In this document: piece by piece, positions 41,001 to 55,129 of the stretch
How positions within the stretch are numbered: the stretch's first letter is position 1
Layout of the letters: each line of letters starts with the position of its first letter
Source: Camelus ferus
Lineage: Eukaryota
Direction of reading: 5' to 3'
Assembly (NCBI RefSeq): GCF_009834535.1
Contig: NC_045697.1
Location: 92,816,001 to 92,880,000, forward strand
Length of the DNA stretch: 64,000 bases
Made by a program: the position numbers and the translations under genes
The notes under the pieces: generated by a model
Database searches by the model: none
The model's input: the letters and a program-made list of their open reading frames with translations, nothing else
Told to the model about the DNA's origin: nothing

Positions 41001-41896
41001 TTGTTAAGTGTACAGCAAATATAACAAAAATAAACTTTAGTGAAAAAATGATGCCTGTTTCTTGAATTGTGTACCACATATATTGATTTATTTTTATAAT
41101 GTATAAATCTACTTTTATTACATTTATATTTGACTGGATTATAATCTGATTTTGTTTATGCCAGAGGCTGGTTAAGTCTTTTCTAAGTTTTATGTCTGAT
41201 CTATACTTTGGAACATGTGTATCTGATCTTAGTTGAGTGTTTAAAGGTCCATTTTAACAATTTACTGCAGGGCTAGAAAAGGAAAGAATATCCCTAGAAA
41301 ATTATGTTTGGATTGAGTCAATTTTTAGAGTATAAATGCCAAATCTGAAAAATATTATAATAATGTAACACTTCTATTGATATGACCTTTAGAGAGTAAT
41401 TTTAAGTGTTAAAATAATGAATTTTCCTCCTTTTTACCTATTTTATTGCAGTGCTTTTTATGAACAACAAGTCAATTTGTATTATAAGGACCTCTTAAGA
41501 ACATAAGGAGTACTCATTTGGTATTGTTCTGTTTGTGCTGCCCATCAGTTATCTGGACATCCTTTTAGTTGAGGTTCAGTATTTTTGTTAAAGTTAGGAT
41601 GAAGAACTCTAATAGAAAAACATATAGTGTTTTTCTAATAGAAAAATTATAGTGTTTGCAACTATGTTGTGTAAGTAAAATATGAAATGATGATGAAAGA
41701 ATAGTATTTCATGTGTAAACAACTAATATTTATATCCACATAATACTGTATAGGAAGCTGTTAAATGTAAAAATGGATTACTTGGTTACATATAAGTATT
41801 TGTGTTTTATGCTCATCTACGTCAGGAATAAGAAAACATGCACTTCTTATAGTAGAGATATTGGAGTAGTCGAATTTATTTCAAGGAAGACAAAAT

Positions 41897-42348
41897 TTTA
41901 TATGAATAAAAAGTTCCTTCAACCAAAGATATGTTGAAATCATGGTCTCTAGTATCTGAAAATGTGACCTTATTTGTAAATAGAATCTTTGCATATTGAG
42001 TCAAGTTAAGATGAGGTCCTTAAGGTGGGCCCTAATCCAGTATGACTGACATCCTCATGAGAAGACAGCCATGTGAAAATACAGAAATACAGGGTGTGCT
42101 CATATGAAGGCAGGCTGAGATTGGAGTGATGCTTCTACATGCCAAAGCATGCCAAAGATTGCCTGCCGTCACCAGAGATGAGAGAGAGGCACAGAACAGA
42201 TATTGCCTCAGAATTCTTAGAAGAAATCAACATGGCTGATGGTCTGATTTCAGACTTGGGCCCTCCAAAACTGTGAGAAAGTAAATTTCTATTGTTTTTA
42301 GACCACTCTTTTTATGATTCTTTATGGAAGTCCTAGGAAACTAATACA
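41897..42348 (+). mobile_element. MaLR solo LTR (MLT1B-like)
   Basis: aatgtgaccttatttg...gttaagatgaggtc...ggccctaatccagtatgactg...ttggagtgatgc...gccaaag...ctccaaaactgtgaga...ctaggaaactaataca. Confidence 0.92.
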
Positions 42349-43139
42349 CTACCTACGTCTAGATGGTCAAGGTTCTGGCCATTTTATTCTACATGCTAGA
42401 TTGAATTGATACTTATATAAACTACACTTCCCGGAACAATGCATGAGACATTATGTTAATATTTCATTTAAATGTGTGATTCTAACTGTGAGGTTTCACT
42501 AGGCCATAGACTATAGTAAATGAGATTCATCCCAATTTATAGCAGACTCTACTCTTCCCCTGTTTCTTCTTCATATCATCTTTTAAAATTGTTCTTTTCT
42601 AGGGTACTTCACACATAGAGGCAATGTCTATTTGGTGTTTTCCCTCAGCATCCACACATGCAAAGCCCATATGTTTTTGTTTCCCTCTGCATTTCTCATA
42701 CACATTCCTTGAAAACAGGCTGCAATAGACAACCTGTGTATCAATGAGTCATTGTCATAACTTCCCTTCTAAAATGCCTTTACAGAAGCAACTTTAAAGC
42801 TTAGATTCTTATAAATCCTAGTTTTATTTTTCTCTTTGCCTTGATATCCTGACCAAAATTAATCTTCCAAACTTGATATCAACACACTTTAATTAGTATC
42901 AGAATGGTTCTCTTTCTCTTTCATTTGTGAAGTTCTAAAAGTTAATGACTCTTAATTATTAATTTTATTATCCTCAACATGGTTTTCACTTAGTAAAATT
43001 CAGTGTTCCTTGGACTGAACAACATGTTGTCTCCTCTACTTTTACTTAATTCTCATTTCTGACTGCAGCATGACTGATTAATCCTAATTCATAATGCTTA
43101 CTTTTCATATTGAATTGGTTAGCCATTGTATTTGTCAGC

Positions 43140-46100
43140 TTATTAAATATCAAATATAATAAAAATATGTATAGATACATGTGAGTTTTAGAAGAAATAC
43201 AGATGTATCTAGCATATATTTTATAATAAAAATCAATATTGCTTTTGGAGACTGCTGTGGGCCCCTACTTGGTGCCAACTCAGTCTTTCCCATCAGAGGA
43301 GATCACTACCCTGAATGTTATGTTTGCCTTTCCCTAGTTTCCTTTAGTTTTCCAAGTATGTGCCTGTGTCCCTGAGCAAATATGTTTCTGAGCCTGGATG
43401 TTTTTAAACTCTATGTTAATGAAATTACAATCTGTGAATTCTTCTGCAACTTGCTAATTTGAATTAACATTGTATTCCTGAAATTTATCTATGTTTACTG
43501 TAAATAACAATCATATATTCTTAGTTATTGGATAATATTTCACTGTATAACACTAGAAAGTGTATTAAACATAGAATTATTTCCAGCTTTTTTTTTGTTT
43601 GGTTGGTTGTTTTTTATTTTGTTTTTTGGATTTTATTTTTTTTTAATTGAAGTTTAGTCAGTTTACAATGTTGTGTTAATTTCTGGTGTATAGCCTAGTG
43701 TTTCAGTTATAAATATATAGATTCATTTTCATATTCTTTTTCATTATAGATTATTACAAGATACTGAATATAGTTCCCCATGCTATACATGTAGTAGCAC
43801 CTTGTTGTTTATCCGTTTTATATATAGTAGTTAGTATCTGCAAATCTTGATCTCCCAATTTATCCCTCCACTCTGCTTGCCCCCTGGTAAACATAATATT
43901 GTCTTCTGTTTCTGTGAGTCTGTTTCTGGTTTGTAAATAAGTTAATTTGTGTCATTTTTTTAGATTCCACATGTAAGTGATATCATATGGTACTTTTCTT
44001 TCTCTTTCTGGCTTACTTCACTTAGAATGACATTCTCCAGTAACATCCATGTTGCTGCAAATGGCATTATTTTATTCTTTCTATGGCTGAGTAGTATTCC
44101 ATTGAATATATATACCACAACTTCTTTATCCAGTCATCTGTTGATGGACATTTATGTTGCTTCCATGTCTTGACTATTGTAAATAGTGCTGCTATGAACA
44201 CTGGGGTGCATGCTTCTTTTCAAATTAGAGTTTCCTCTGGGTATATGCTCAAGAGTGAGATTGCTGGATCATATGGTATTTTTAGTTTTTTTAAGGAATC
44301 TCCATACTGTTTTCCATATGGCTGCACCAAACTGCTTTCCTACCAACAGTCTAGAAGGGTTCCCTTTTCTCTATACCCTCTCCAGCATTTATCATTTGTT
44401 GACTTTTTAATTATGGCCGTTCTGACTGGTGTGAGGTGATACCTCATTGTAGTTTTTATTTGCATTTCTCTCATAATTAGCAATATTGAGCATTTTTTTC
44501 ATGTGCCTATTGGCCATTTGTATGTCTCTATTAGAGAAATGCTTGTGAGGATCTTCTGCCCATTTTTGGATTAGGTGGTTTGTTTTTTTGTTATTGAGTT
44601 GTGTGAGCTATTTGTATATTCTGGAAATTGCCAGCCCTTTTTTTGTTGTTGTTTTAATACGAAAATTCTTTCATGACCATTCTTGTATGTTTTCTGCTGC
44701 ATATGTGCAACAGATTCTCTAGGGTATATACCTAAGAATAGATACCTGCATCACGAGGTAGGTATATCTTTGTTCCTCTTAGAACATGTCAAGTTTCTTT
44801 CTAAGGCAGTTGTATCAATGTACACTCCCACTAGAAGTTTAAAATTATTACAGTTCTTTCATATCATCACTAACACTGGATATTTCAGACTTAAATTTTT
44901 GCTAATCTGGTTGATATGAAATGATATTTTACTGAAAGTTCAATTTGAATGCCACCTATTATTTATCAGATTAACTTCTTCATATATTTAATGGCTAATG
45001 AGATTTTATTCTCTGGAAATTCTAGTTTTTGCTCATATTATTGGGTTATCTCTTTTTCTTAATGACTTGTGGATAGTCTTTCTATATTCTGAATTTATAA
45101 TTTATATCAGTTTCAAATAGTCTCTTTCAATTAATGGTTTGTGTTTCCACTTGTTTTGGTTTATTTTCATAAATAAATATTCTCATTCCAATATGTTTTA
45201 CAAGTTGTACAAGTTTTATAGTTTTGCCTTTCATATTCAAATTTATAATTCATCTTTGTTTATACTGTGAAGTAGGAGTCCAGTTTCATTTTTTTGACAT
45301 AGGAGTAGCTAATTATCTCAGCATGTGTTATTATAGAGTTCTCTTTTTCTGCAGTGACTGACAGTGTCATTTCTATCATAAATCAAGTTTCCATACAGCA
45401 ATGTTTGTTTCTTGTGATATTGCCTGTAATCATTTCATATACTGTCCTTGTTGGCTTCAGTATATAGGATGTTTTAATCCAATAAAAAGAGTTAGAGAAC
45501 GTTTCCCATTTTCTATATTCTGCAGTAGGAATAATTTCCATATTTTCTGAATATGACAAATAAGATTAGCTGTTCCTTGAATACATATGAGAACTTGATG
45601 GTTAAAAAATAAAATCTAGGCTTGGTGTTTCCTTTTTTGGAAGACTTTCCTCAGCCTGTATTTTTTAAGTTGTGAAATAAACTTGATTTTTAATACATTT
45701 TTCAGTCAGCTTTTGAGGTTACATTTTATTTAGAAATTCATTTATTTGCTTGGTCTTTTCAAAATAATGGACATAATGTTTTCCAAATTAAACAATTATT
45801 GCCATTATGCTTTGTTTTGGTTAGTATTAGTCAATTCTTTGTTCATCATTTTACTTTCCACCTTTCTCTTTGCTATGTTTTAGATATACCTCTTTTGAGT
45901 AGCACATAGGTAGATATGTTTTGAAAGGCCCATTCTGATGAACTTTGTTTTTCTTAACACGAGCATTTTGTCCATTTATATTTATTGTAATTATCGATTT
46001 TACTTATTTACTCTAATATTATATGTTGTCAAAATTTTCCCAAGTTTTCTACATTTTTTACTCTTTTCTGCTTTTGTGATTGTTCTAATCTCATTTTCCC

Positions 46101-47300
46101 CTCTATTCAATTAAAATTATACATTTTATTTATCTTTAGTTTTTCCTCAGCAATTTTAACATCCATTTAAGTTAATTGGTGCCACTACTCTTCTCACAAA
46201 TGGTATTTAGAATATTTTAAACTTGATCAAACATTTCCTAAATGTTCCCAAATCATCACTATTATTATAGTTTCATATTTTTCATTCTTACAATAAATAT
46301 TTAATGTTGGTGTACACAAATAATATTTGTTTAGCTTTTGACATACATATCATATTTCTTGCTTTTTTGTTCCTGATGGTACCATAGATGTCCTTCCAGC
46401 ATCCTTTTCATTCTGACAGAAGTACACCCTATAGAATTTCATATGAAGATAATCTATTTGTGGAAATGTCTCATATTTTATTCATCTAAACATCTACTTT
46501 TTCACTTTCACAAAGTTATTTTCAGAAGGATTAAATATTGTTTTCTCTCAGTATATTTATGATATTATTTCAAAATGTTCTAGCTTCCATCGTTACTACT
46601 GGGAAGTCACCTGCAAGTCTAATTTTAAATGCTTTAAGGACAATCTTCTCTTTCTCTCTGTCCATTTTTAAGAGATGCTCTTTGGTTTTGGTGTACTACA
46701 GGCTCACTGTGGTGTACCTAGGAGTAAATATAATTCATCTCATTTGGGATTTTATAAGCTTCTGTGAATTTTTTTCCTTTTTCCAGTTTTGACTTTTCTT
46801 GGTTATTACCTTTTTGTATAGTTTTGTGTTCATTTTATCTCTTCTTTACTTAAATTCTGATTAAAGCTTTTTAGATTTTCTCATTCTAAAATCCATGTAT
46901 CTTCACCATGGTGTTTTGCTGTTGTTTTTTGTTTTTAATCTCTTTACGTTTTAAACTGCAGTGTGAATAATGACTTCAGTTATATATTCAGGAGTGATTC
47001 TTCAGTTCTGCATTATGCCTACTAACATATCCACTGAGTTTTTAATTTCTGTTATATATGTATATATTTAATTCGGTTATTTTTCAATCAGCTTAGACCC
47101 TTTTACTGGAGTCTGTCTTGCTTTTGTCTCATTTACCTTTCATTTCTTATTATCATTAAATATACTTAATTTTGTCAACTGATGTCTTTGCAGTTTTGTT
47201 TTTTCTTCCAGTTGTTTATGGTAGGCAACATTTATGGTACAGACTGTTAACTGTAATATTTTTGACTGTGGACTCAACTTTCTTGGAAATACTTTTTCTT
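43140..47300 (-). mobile_element. Old L1 (L1MD/ME-like) remnant interrupted by a younger L1
   Basis: T-rich antisense L1 motifs: cttctgcaacttgc, ctagggtatatacctaag, ccatttatatttattgtaatta, ccactgagtttttaattt. Confidence 0.7.
43588..44629 (-). mobile_element. Younger cetartiodactyl/camelid L1 3' ~1 kb, nested in old L1
   Basis: T-rich tail, then ttaattgaagtttagtcagtttacaatgttgtg...catccatgttgctgcaaatggc...gactggtgtgaggtgatacctcattg. Flanks ccagc+T-run on both sides. Confidence 0.93.
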
Positions 47301-50300
47301 GTAATTCTTAAGGATGTTTATGGTAACAAAAGGAAAAGCTTAATATAATCAGCAAATGTCCAAAAGAGAGAGCTGGTTCCACTGCTCCTTTTTCTTCTTT
47401 CAGCTCTCATTTCGGTTAATACTTGATTTGATCAAAAATTCAGAACATAAATGCATTTTAAAAATTATGTACATACATATACGGTTTTTAGTTGTTTTAG
47501 TGGAATATTTGGTTAGATCACCTAGAATTATTATTATCACATAGTAATTTTCTCTTCCTACTTTTAATCCTATTTTATATCCATTTTTACAATTAGTAGT
47601 CTTATGGAAGTAAAAGATGCTTTTTTGTTCTTTCCCAGTCATCATAAAATGTATATTTTATTTTTTAATGTTTCTCTTAGTTATACTAAATTATGCTTTA
47701 TAGTATATTTCACCTTAGTAGCACACTTTTTAATTTGAAAAATCTTCACTGGAGGATATTTTGGAGAAGAAATGTTCAAATTGGAAGCCTTAATAGGCAT
47801 GATGTTCTGGTTTGAATCGCAGCATATCACCTCTTTCTGTCATTTTTTTTGCCTGGTCCAGATGGCAGTTATTTGACTTGCCCAGAGTCTGGATGAGTTA
47901 AGTGTGAACAATTTGAAGTTCAATCAGTAGAAGATGGAAGTGATGGCTTTTGGGCAGAGGAAAGCATTTTGATAATTTATAAAGAATTTTATTTAGATGA
48001 CCATGAAAAATACAAGCTATGTTATACTGTGATAAACCTGAAACTTTTGGCATTAGATTAAAATGAATTTTCCACTCAAAAAATCAATGATATGCTTCTT
48101 CTTTCTCCTTTATTAAGGAAATAATCCTCAATTTTTTTGGCTTAGAGTTTGTAGATTAATTACATGCATGATGTTTTGGCTTCATTTCTGTGCATTTTAA
48201 TAGACTTATTACACATTTTCTACAAAATATAAATACAGTAGATAAGAAAACATTATGTACAAGAGAAGTTTTGCTTTCATGGTTCAGATCAATTTTTTGT
48301 ACAGGCACAAGTTATACTTTTGAGAAAATGGAAGCATTGGACTGCTCTTGCATTTTGTTTTAAATCTATGATTTCAAATCAGTTTTGGTAATTACCTTCA
48401 ACTTAATTTTCACAAAGTTTTAATTTTCACAAAGTTTGTTTGATTATTTAGAAGACAAACATACTTTGGGGATATTTATAGGACAATTCAATGTCATATT
48501 TGTATAAATGCAGGAAGTGGCTTTAAGAACAAAAAGAGGTCCTCATATTTTAAAGCATTTAAGTGTCTGGAGAGTAGGCCACATATAAAAGTAATTATAA
48601 ATATAAGTTAAACAGATTCTAGAAATATTTGAAGTAAAATATCTTATGTTTTTATCTCCATGTAAGTTTAATTTCAGTAAAGTTAAGCTTGCTCATGATA
48701 TTGTGATTATTTAATTTTAAAGTCAAGCTTTTCCAAGTATAAATTTTATAGAATCTAAAAATCAGAACAAAGCAAGATTTTAAAAAAATGAAAAAAATTA
48801 TACCAAGAAAGAATCTTTAAAAATATAGTGTATTGTTTTAATTTAACCTAATGAGAAAGGGTGTCATCGATAGGTCAGATGGAATATAAAACCCCATCTA
48901 GCCTTTCAGTGGGAGAGATGGTACTAGAAATTAAATTACCGAGTTCCATTTGGTTTACTGATAGGAAGACCCAGGTTTCAATTCTAGTCTTACCCTCTGT
49001 AGATGCTGGCACATCTAGTACATTTGTCAAAGTTAGGAAAAGATTCCTTCAAGACAAATAAATTAGGAAACTGCCCTTTCAATGGAAAGTAGAAATATTC
49101 TCTGTGTCAGTAGGAGTCAGAGCAGAAAAAAAAAAGCCTTTAATTACAGTAATTAAAGAAAATCTTAATACAAACATTTGCTATCTCAAGGATTTATAGT
49201 ATGGCTTGTTGTTTATCTTTTCTTTTCCATTAATGGTAACAGAAGGAAGCCATCATGAAAGCTAGGTGATAGTCCTGGGGGAGTCCACCTTGAGAGCTGG
49301 GAATTAGGCAGTCTGGAGAGAGCAAGGTTGAAATATAAATCCCCCAGCATCACTCTCCTTCCTCCCTTTCATCTCTTTTTGCTCCCTATTGGCCAACACA
49401 GTTAGGCGCCAGAGGGCAAGAAAGCCTAAGGCAGAAAACAGAGTAGGGAAGGGTAGAAAGTGAATCTAGAGATGCTAAGAGATTTCCAGCATGGCTTCTT
49501 TTCCTTGAGGCTGCCACCCTGCTGAGCCAAGGTAGCAAATTTGGCAAACCAGACCCATCTGCTTCCCAACTGGTCCTTTCCATCTCCTTGGCCAGGCTTT
49601 CTTGTACATGGTACAAGCATCTGCTTTCACACTTACGTCGTGAAATAGCACAAATGACTCCTATATGCAAAATAAACATAATGACGATATTTACCTCCCA
49701 GGTGTGTTGTGAAGACTAAATGTAATTAGCTTTTTGAAAGAATATTATAAATCTAAATAAATATGCAAATACATGACAATTTTCATTACTGAAAGAAGAA
49801 AACCATTTTTCAAATAGCTGTTGTATGCAAAACTCTGAGATCGATTCATCTCTCTTTAATACAAACTTTCATCAGTTTTATTGCTCACTTTCAGTCAGTA
49901 GGTATTCTTACACTCCCACCACACTTACCATCTTTCTACTCAGCTGTCTAAATTTAATCCTGTTGCTTCTCTTTCCTGAAATGGTTTGAATATTGTTTCA
50001 TGTATATTTTTAGCACTTCCAAGAAACTATGCTGGTCTGTCTCTTCCAGTTCTTATCTAGCCTTTTATTATCATATTTTTGGTTTGTTTCACATAGTTAA
50101 CATATTAGCATTAGTCATATAATATTCTATGTTGATAGTTTCATGCCTGTTTTGTAATGGACATTAGTAACAATTGAAGATCGGGTGGAGAAAGCAGAAG
50201 ATTCGGGGCCCTTTGAACCAAATAATTGTCCACCTATCACAATACCAAATTTAGACAAAAGTTACCTCCAGAAACCAGAGCATGGCATATTCTACCCCAG

Positions 50301-50884
50301 TTTCATCATATTTTGAATATTCTTTGTAAGGGACAAATCTATGGAAAATTATTACTAAACCAAGAAAGAGTATCTGCCTATTTGCTCGCTATTCTTTCTC
50401 TAATGTAATTTAGTGGTTTGCTTTAACACAGACTAAATGCGCATGGTTGACTCTTATAAATAAGATTCTTGTCAGATGATCAGTGACTGGGGTACAGCAG
50501 TTCTAGATTGCTTGAGACGGACTTATACCTACTAACACTGTCAACTGCACCAACTGCATTAAGTTTCCTTGTAACCCAGCAGAGCAGAATATCACAGAAT
50601 GAATCATTGGACTGTTTTTAAAATTAGCCAGTTTATGCATGCAGCAGCATAAGTTAATCGGACTTCTAAAATTTTCCATTTCTAATGTCCTGATTTCTCT
50701 ACATACTTAAGAGTCAGTTAGTATAAATTAACGTCTGTAAACTGATACTGACTTGTTTGTCCATGGTTCTAGAAGGCCTGTCTATAATATACTGATACTC
50801 TCTTAAGCTGTTACCAACATGATAACCATGAGTTAAAAGAGCCTTTTTTATAGAACAGTTTTATTTTTCGGTGACTAAAGTATA

Positions 50885-51204
50885 TGTTAAAAGATAAACT
50901 GAGGCATATTAAAACAATTTAAGAGTTTATTTGAGCAAAAATTGATTCGAATGGGGCAGAGCTAACCTGGAAGTGGTTAAGGGCACTCCATCCACATGAG
51001 GGAAAGATGTTTTTAGAGAAAAGGCTGAAGCAAAACAAAAATTATCTGGCTGTAGCTTAACTGTTTGCCTTATTTGTAGAAGCTAGTTGGTTGTGCGTGA
51101 TTGGTTGAGGCATTTATAGGCTCGGGTTTAGGTTTGCTTACATTGGCTGCTGAGGTATTAGAACCACATCAGTCTGATGGCCTCCTTGTTTAATTAATTT
51201 AACA
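50885..51204 (-). mobile_element. ERV1-class solo LTR (MER4-group; MER31/MER67-like)
   Basis: TG...CA termini with 7-bp inverted repeat tgttaaa/tttaaca. gagtttatttgagcaaa contains an antisense AATAAA. gattggtt and ggtttaggtttgctt motifs. Confidence 0.75.
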
Positions 51205-51420
51205 GTAATAAAACTTGATATTTACACAGGATATTTTGACACACATTGTCTCATAGGAAGCATACTATAAACCTGTTGTAATATTATTTCATTTTATAGA
51301 CAAGACACTAAGACTTAAGGCTGTGATTTGCTCAGTCATACAGCAAAGAAGTGGCAGATCCAGGTTAACTAGGATTCTGTCAACAAAACTGGAGACTTTA
51401 CCATTGTTTACAACCGCCTC
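51205..51420 (-). mobile_element. MIR
   Basis: cattttatagacaagacactaagactta...tgatttgctcagtcatacagc...aagtggcagatccagg. Confidence 0.75.
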
Positions 51421-52429
51421 ATATTAAAAATACAGTTCATTGCCATTAGCTGTTTTAGCTCCTTGCTTTCTGAAACAAAGCTAATTAGCTTAGAAAAATT
51501 ACAACAAAGTTCACATTTCATTCCACTTTGAAAAATGATATAAGATGAATGATTTCTTTTTGATTTTTTCTCTACAGAAACTAAATCTTTGCAAACAATT
51601 TTATATATGGATTTTAATTCTAATGCTTAATATATTTATACACGTGTTGCAATATTTCTATGTTAGAAATATAGAAACCCCAGGGACAGAAGGAAGGCAA
51701 GTAAGAATAGTCAACTTTAATTTCCCTGTGTAGCCTTCTCCCATGCCTTCAGCCCTCACTTAGTGCCTGGATAACACTCCAACATAGCAGTTTTGACAGC
51801 AAAAATAAATACTATTATTTTTATTTCCTTACTGGCACATTGGGGGTCTTTTTATGCTTGGAGAGGTAGATGTCTCTGTGGATATTTAGGAAAACAGAAA
51901 ATAAACAAATTCATATGCCTACAAGAGGGAAAATGACACAGAGGTTAAGAAAAAAATTAGTGATGAACTTAGAACAAAGAGAAGGTTTAGATTCCTTAGG
52001 GAATCTAAGGGGGATACTTAAGAAAATATAGCCAGTAGAGGTTTTTGTATTGAAATGATGACTACTGTGTAATTTAAATACTCTTCTCACTCTCCTCCGC
52101 TAAAAATTCAGGAAGCATCTATGTTATTGACAAATTCATTTTTGGAAAATGTAAAATATCCTTTTGTGTGTGCTTGAATTTTAGCATGGGTTGAAATCAG
52201 AGGTTGCCGAACAAAACTTCCAACATCTGGCTTGTGTGTCTACACTATAGTTTGAGGTCACAGATTGTATTTATTAACTTTTGAATCCCTAAAATTAAAA
52301 TGATTGAAATGCAGTAGAAGATAATAAATGTTTGATAAATGAATTAAAGAACATGACAGAGAGGCTGTAGCAGGGACAGAGAGAGATAAGAAGGGTGGAT
52401 AGATTACAGGAGGGGAGGAGTAAGGAGGG

Positions 52430-52625
52430 GAAATGGATTCTGAAATGGAACACTTTTATTTGAATCTCAGCTGGTCAGTTTTGATTATCTGTCCTTGGGC
52501 AGCGATAGCTTTTGTAGGCCTCAGTTTCTCCCCTTTGCAAAATAGGAGCAATTATATCTACAATTGCCATTTTGAAATATTGGGAGATTCTGATGACAAC
52601 GTAATTAAAAGGTATTCAGAAAATT
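52430..52625 (+). mobile_element. MIR
   Basis: tttgaatctcagct...tccttgggca...ggcctcagtttctcccctttgcaaaatagg. Confidence 0.75.
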
Positions 52626-54153
52626 GATGCTTATCGCAGAATTACTCCAAGCAGAACTAGTCAGCAGATTTCAAACCCTCTCCATTAGCTAACTTTACTC
52701 CTGCTCCTTTGTTTTGTAAAAATAGCAGCTTCCTCTAAGAGTGTGCTTTTTCTCACTGACTATCTCCAGATACCTCTCTTCCTTCTCTCTACCCCATTCC
52801 CGCCTACCACCCTGATCTTTTCTTCTGTTTACTAATGAGGAATGCTGCTACTGTCATAAATTGTATTGTAAGGCATGAAAATCTGTGACAGGAGAACAGA
52901 ATTAGGACCCAGAACAGTAACTGAAAAGAAAAAAGTTCTGCTCTGACCAAAGGAAGAAATGAATTGAAGTTTGTAAGGATTTGGGAGTCTTTTACGGAGA
53001 ATGTGTTGTCTACGTTTGCTTAAATGAATCTATAATACTGTATTACGATATAAAATAAAAGCCAAATAGTCATACACAATTGCAGTTGAAAACATGACTT
53101 CAGCTTTCTTGTGAAAAAGTTATGCTTTTTGTGGTTTTTTCAGTTGAAGCTTAGCATTATATACAAAAGCTGAAATGATAGTGATTGAAATAAATCTGAA
53201 ATGTTCAAAGTCATGGAGCTCTTAAATAAGCAAACCTCATTTTCCAGTGTTCAGTAGGCATTCAATTCCATTCTGAATCTTCAAAGAAATAATGTAGAAA
53301 TCGATGTGGAATTTGAAAGAAGGGAGAAAATAATGTGCAATAATTGTTTTATTTCCTTGAGGAATGCTGCACTGCAAAAAAACCCTATAGTCTGTATTTC
53401 TTTTCTGTTAGTTGCCAATATCATAGTGAGCATTTACTTTTTTCTGAAAGTGTAGCTAGGTACCTTTTTTTTTTTCTCTTTCTGCTTTGTGATGTGGAAT
53501 TGGCACTTTATGATTTCTTTTCTGGTCTCTGTGCCTTTCATTTCTCATTAAAAGTCTTAAAGCACACAGCTTCATGACTCACCCTGGCAATGGGCTGCTC
53601 ACAGAGGCCTTCTGAACTCTGGAATCTCTTCCTATAATCTGCTATATTCAAAGCCAAAGATTACATTTTTCCTTATGTAAAATTAGGCAAGAAACCATCT
53701 TGCCCTTGGTCAGAAATCACCTATGTCTACATACTTGTGTATTGCAAACTCCTGACCAGCTTTCAGGACTCTCAGAGTCTGGCACAAATCTGAACTTTCT
53801 GTATGATTTTTCACTATTCTGCCCTGGAACCCCGTGATCTATTCACATTGCAACACACTCTACACACGCTCATGCCTTTTGAATGTCACACCTGTGTTCA
53901 TGATGTGTTCTGCTACTGGAGAAACCTGAATGATAACTTTTAAAATTCTAGACATCCAGCCAAGGCTAGGCTATGAAGGCCTAAGGAAAATGGCCACATT
54001 TTCATCCCAAATGCAAATTTCTTTCCCCTTTGGTCAGCTGTGATATTTTCTTGACCTAATTCATACTCTTGGCTTTTATTTTTCATGGGAAAAAAATCTT
54101 ACTCCTACTAGTTGATTATAGAGAAGAATTAATTCTAATTTATGTCTCCAGTG

Positions 54154-54318
54154 CAGTGATTCACAAACATAACTCTTCACCTGGTACAAGGTTGTAGACT
54201 AAATAAAAATCAGCAGAAAAATTTGCCAAAATATAGATTCACAATCCATACCACAGAGTTTCTGACTTAATAGGACTGAATATCCGTCCATGACCTTCCA
54301 GGTTTAGAAAACTATTAC
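54154..54318. mobile_element. MER5A-like hAT-Charlie element within L2-like sequence
   Basis: cagtgattcacaaac...cagagtttctgacttaatagg...caggtttagaaaacta. Confidence 0.55.
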
Positions 54319-55129
54319 CTAATTCAATTGCACAACTCTAAGTAGTGAATAGATAATTTTTAAATGAAAGAATAAGTGTAATACATGCATATTTATGAAT
54401 AAATGAATTAAGGGAGAAATGAAATGCTTTGTTAAAGAAATGCTATATTATTGAAGAATTAACTTTAGTTCTGCTATTTAATCCTTTTGAAGTAAGAATT
54501 TAATCTTGCTAAGCCCCAGTTTCTTCATGTGTAAATCTGAAGAAATACCAAGTGAAATGCAATTTTTTAAAGGCTAAAATATGTTGTTGAGATATAGGCA
54601 CCTATGTTTCTGAGACTCTGAAAAAAATAGTTTCTCCTACTTTCTGCCCAATTTTGTATTTTTAAGTTCCAATTTCCTTCCACATTTTAGAATATGTGAA
54701 TTTGAACTATAACATTAAACACAATACATATACCTCCTACAACTGAGGCCAGATTGCTTTTTATCACAGGAGGCAAAAAACAGAGGAGTCATACACAAAA
54801 AATTATGACCAGGAAGTAATGAATGAAATACCAGACATTGTCTCACTGCTCCCTATGAAGTATGGATTTCCACAAAAGCTTCTTCTATGGAAAATGTATT
54901 TCACTTGTCTCAGAGGAATAGAAGCATGTTGGAAATCTACAGCTTCCTTTATCTCAAGGACTTTGCTTTGTCAACAATTTTTGGTTCTTTCTGTGAAGTT
55001 CTGCCATGTTTTATGCACTTATTCATTTATGTAATTATATCTTTTGAGAACTTAATATAATCAGGACATTGTGCTAAGTTCTAGAGATATGATGTGAATA
55101 AATGAAACCCGGAGAGCTGAACCTAAATT

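Noticed and set aside
48404..48437. 17-bp perfect tandem duplication taattttcacaaagttt x2
   Set aside because: Ordinary slippage event with two units only; not an array.
51987..52008. 9-bp hairpin ttagattcc-ttag-ggaatctaa
   Set aside because: Isolated short stem, plausible by chance in 64 kb.
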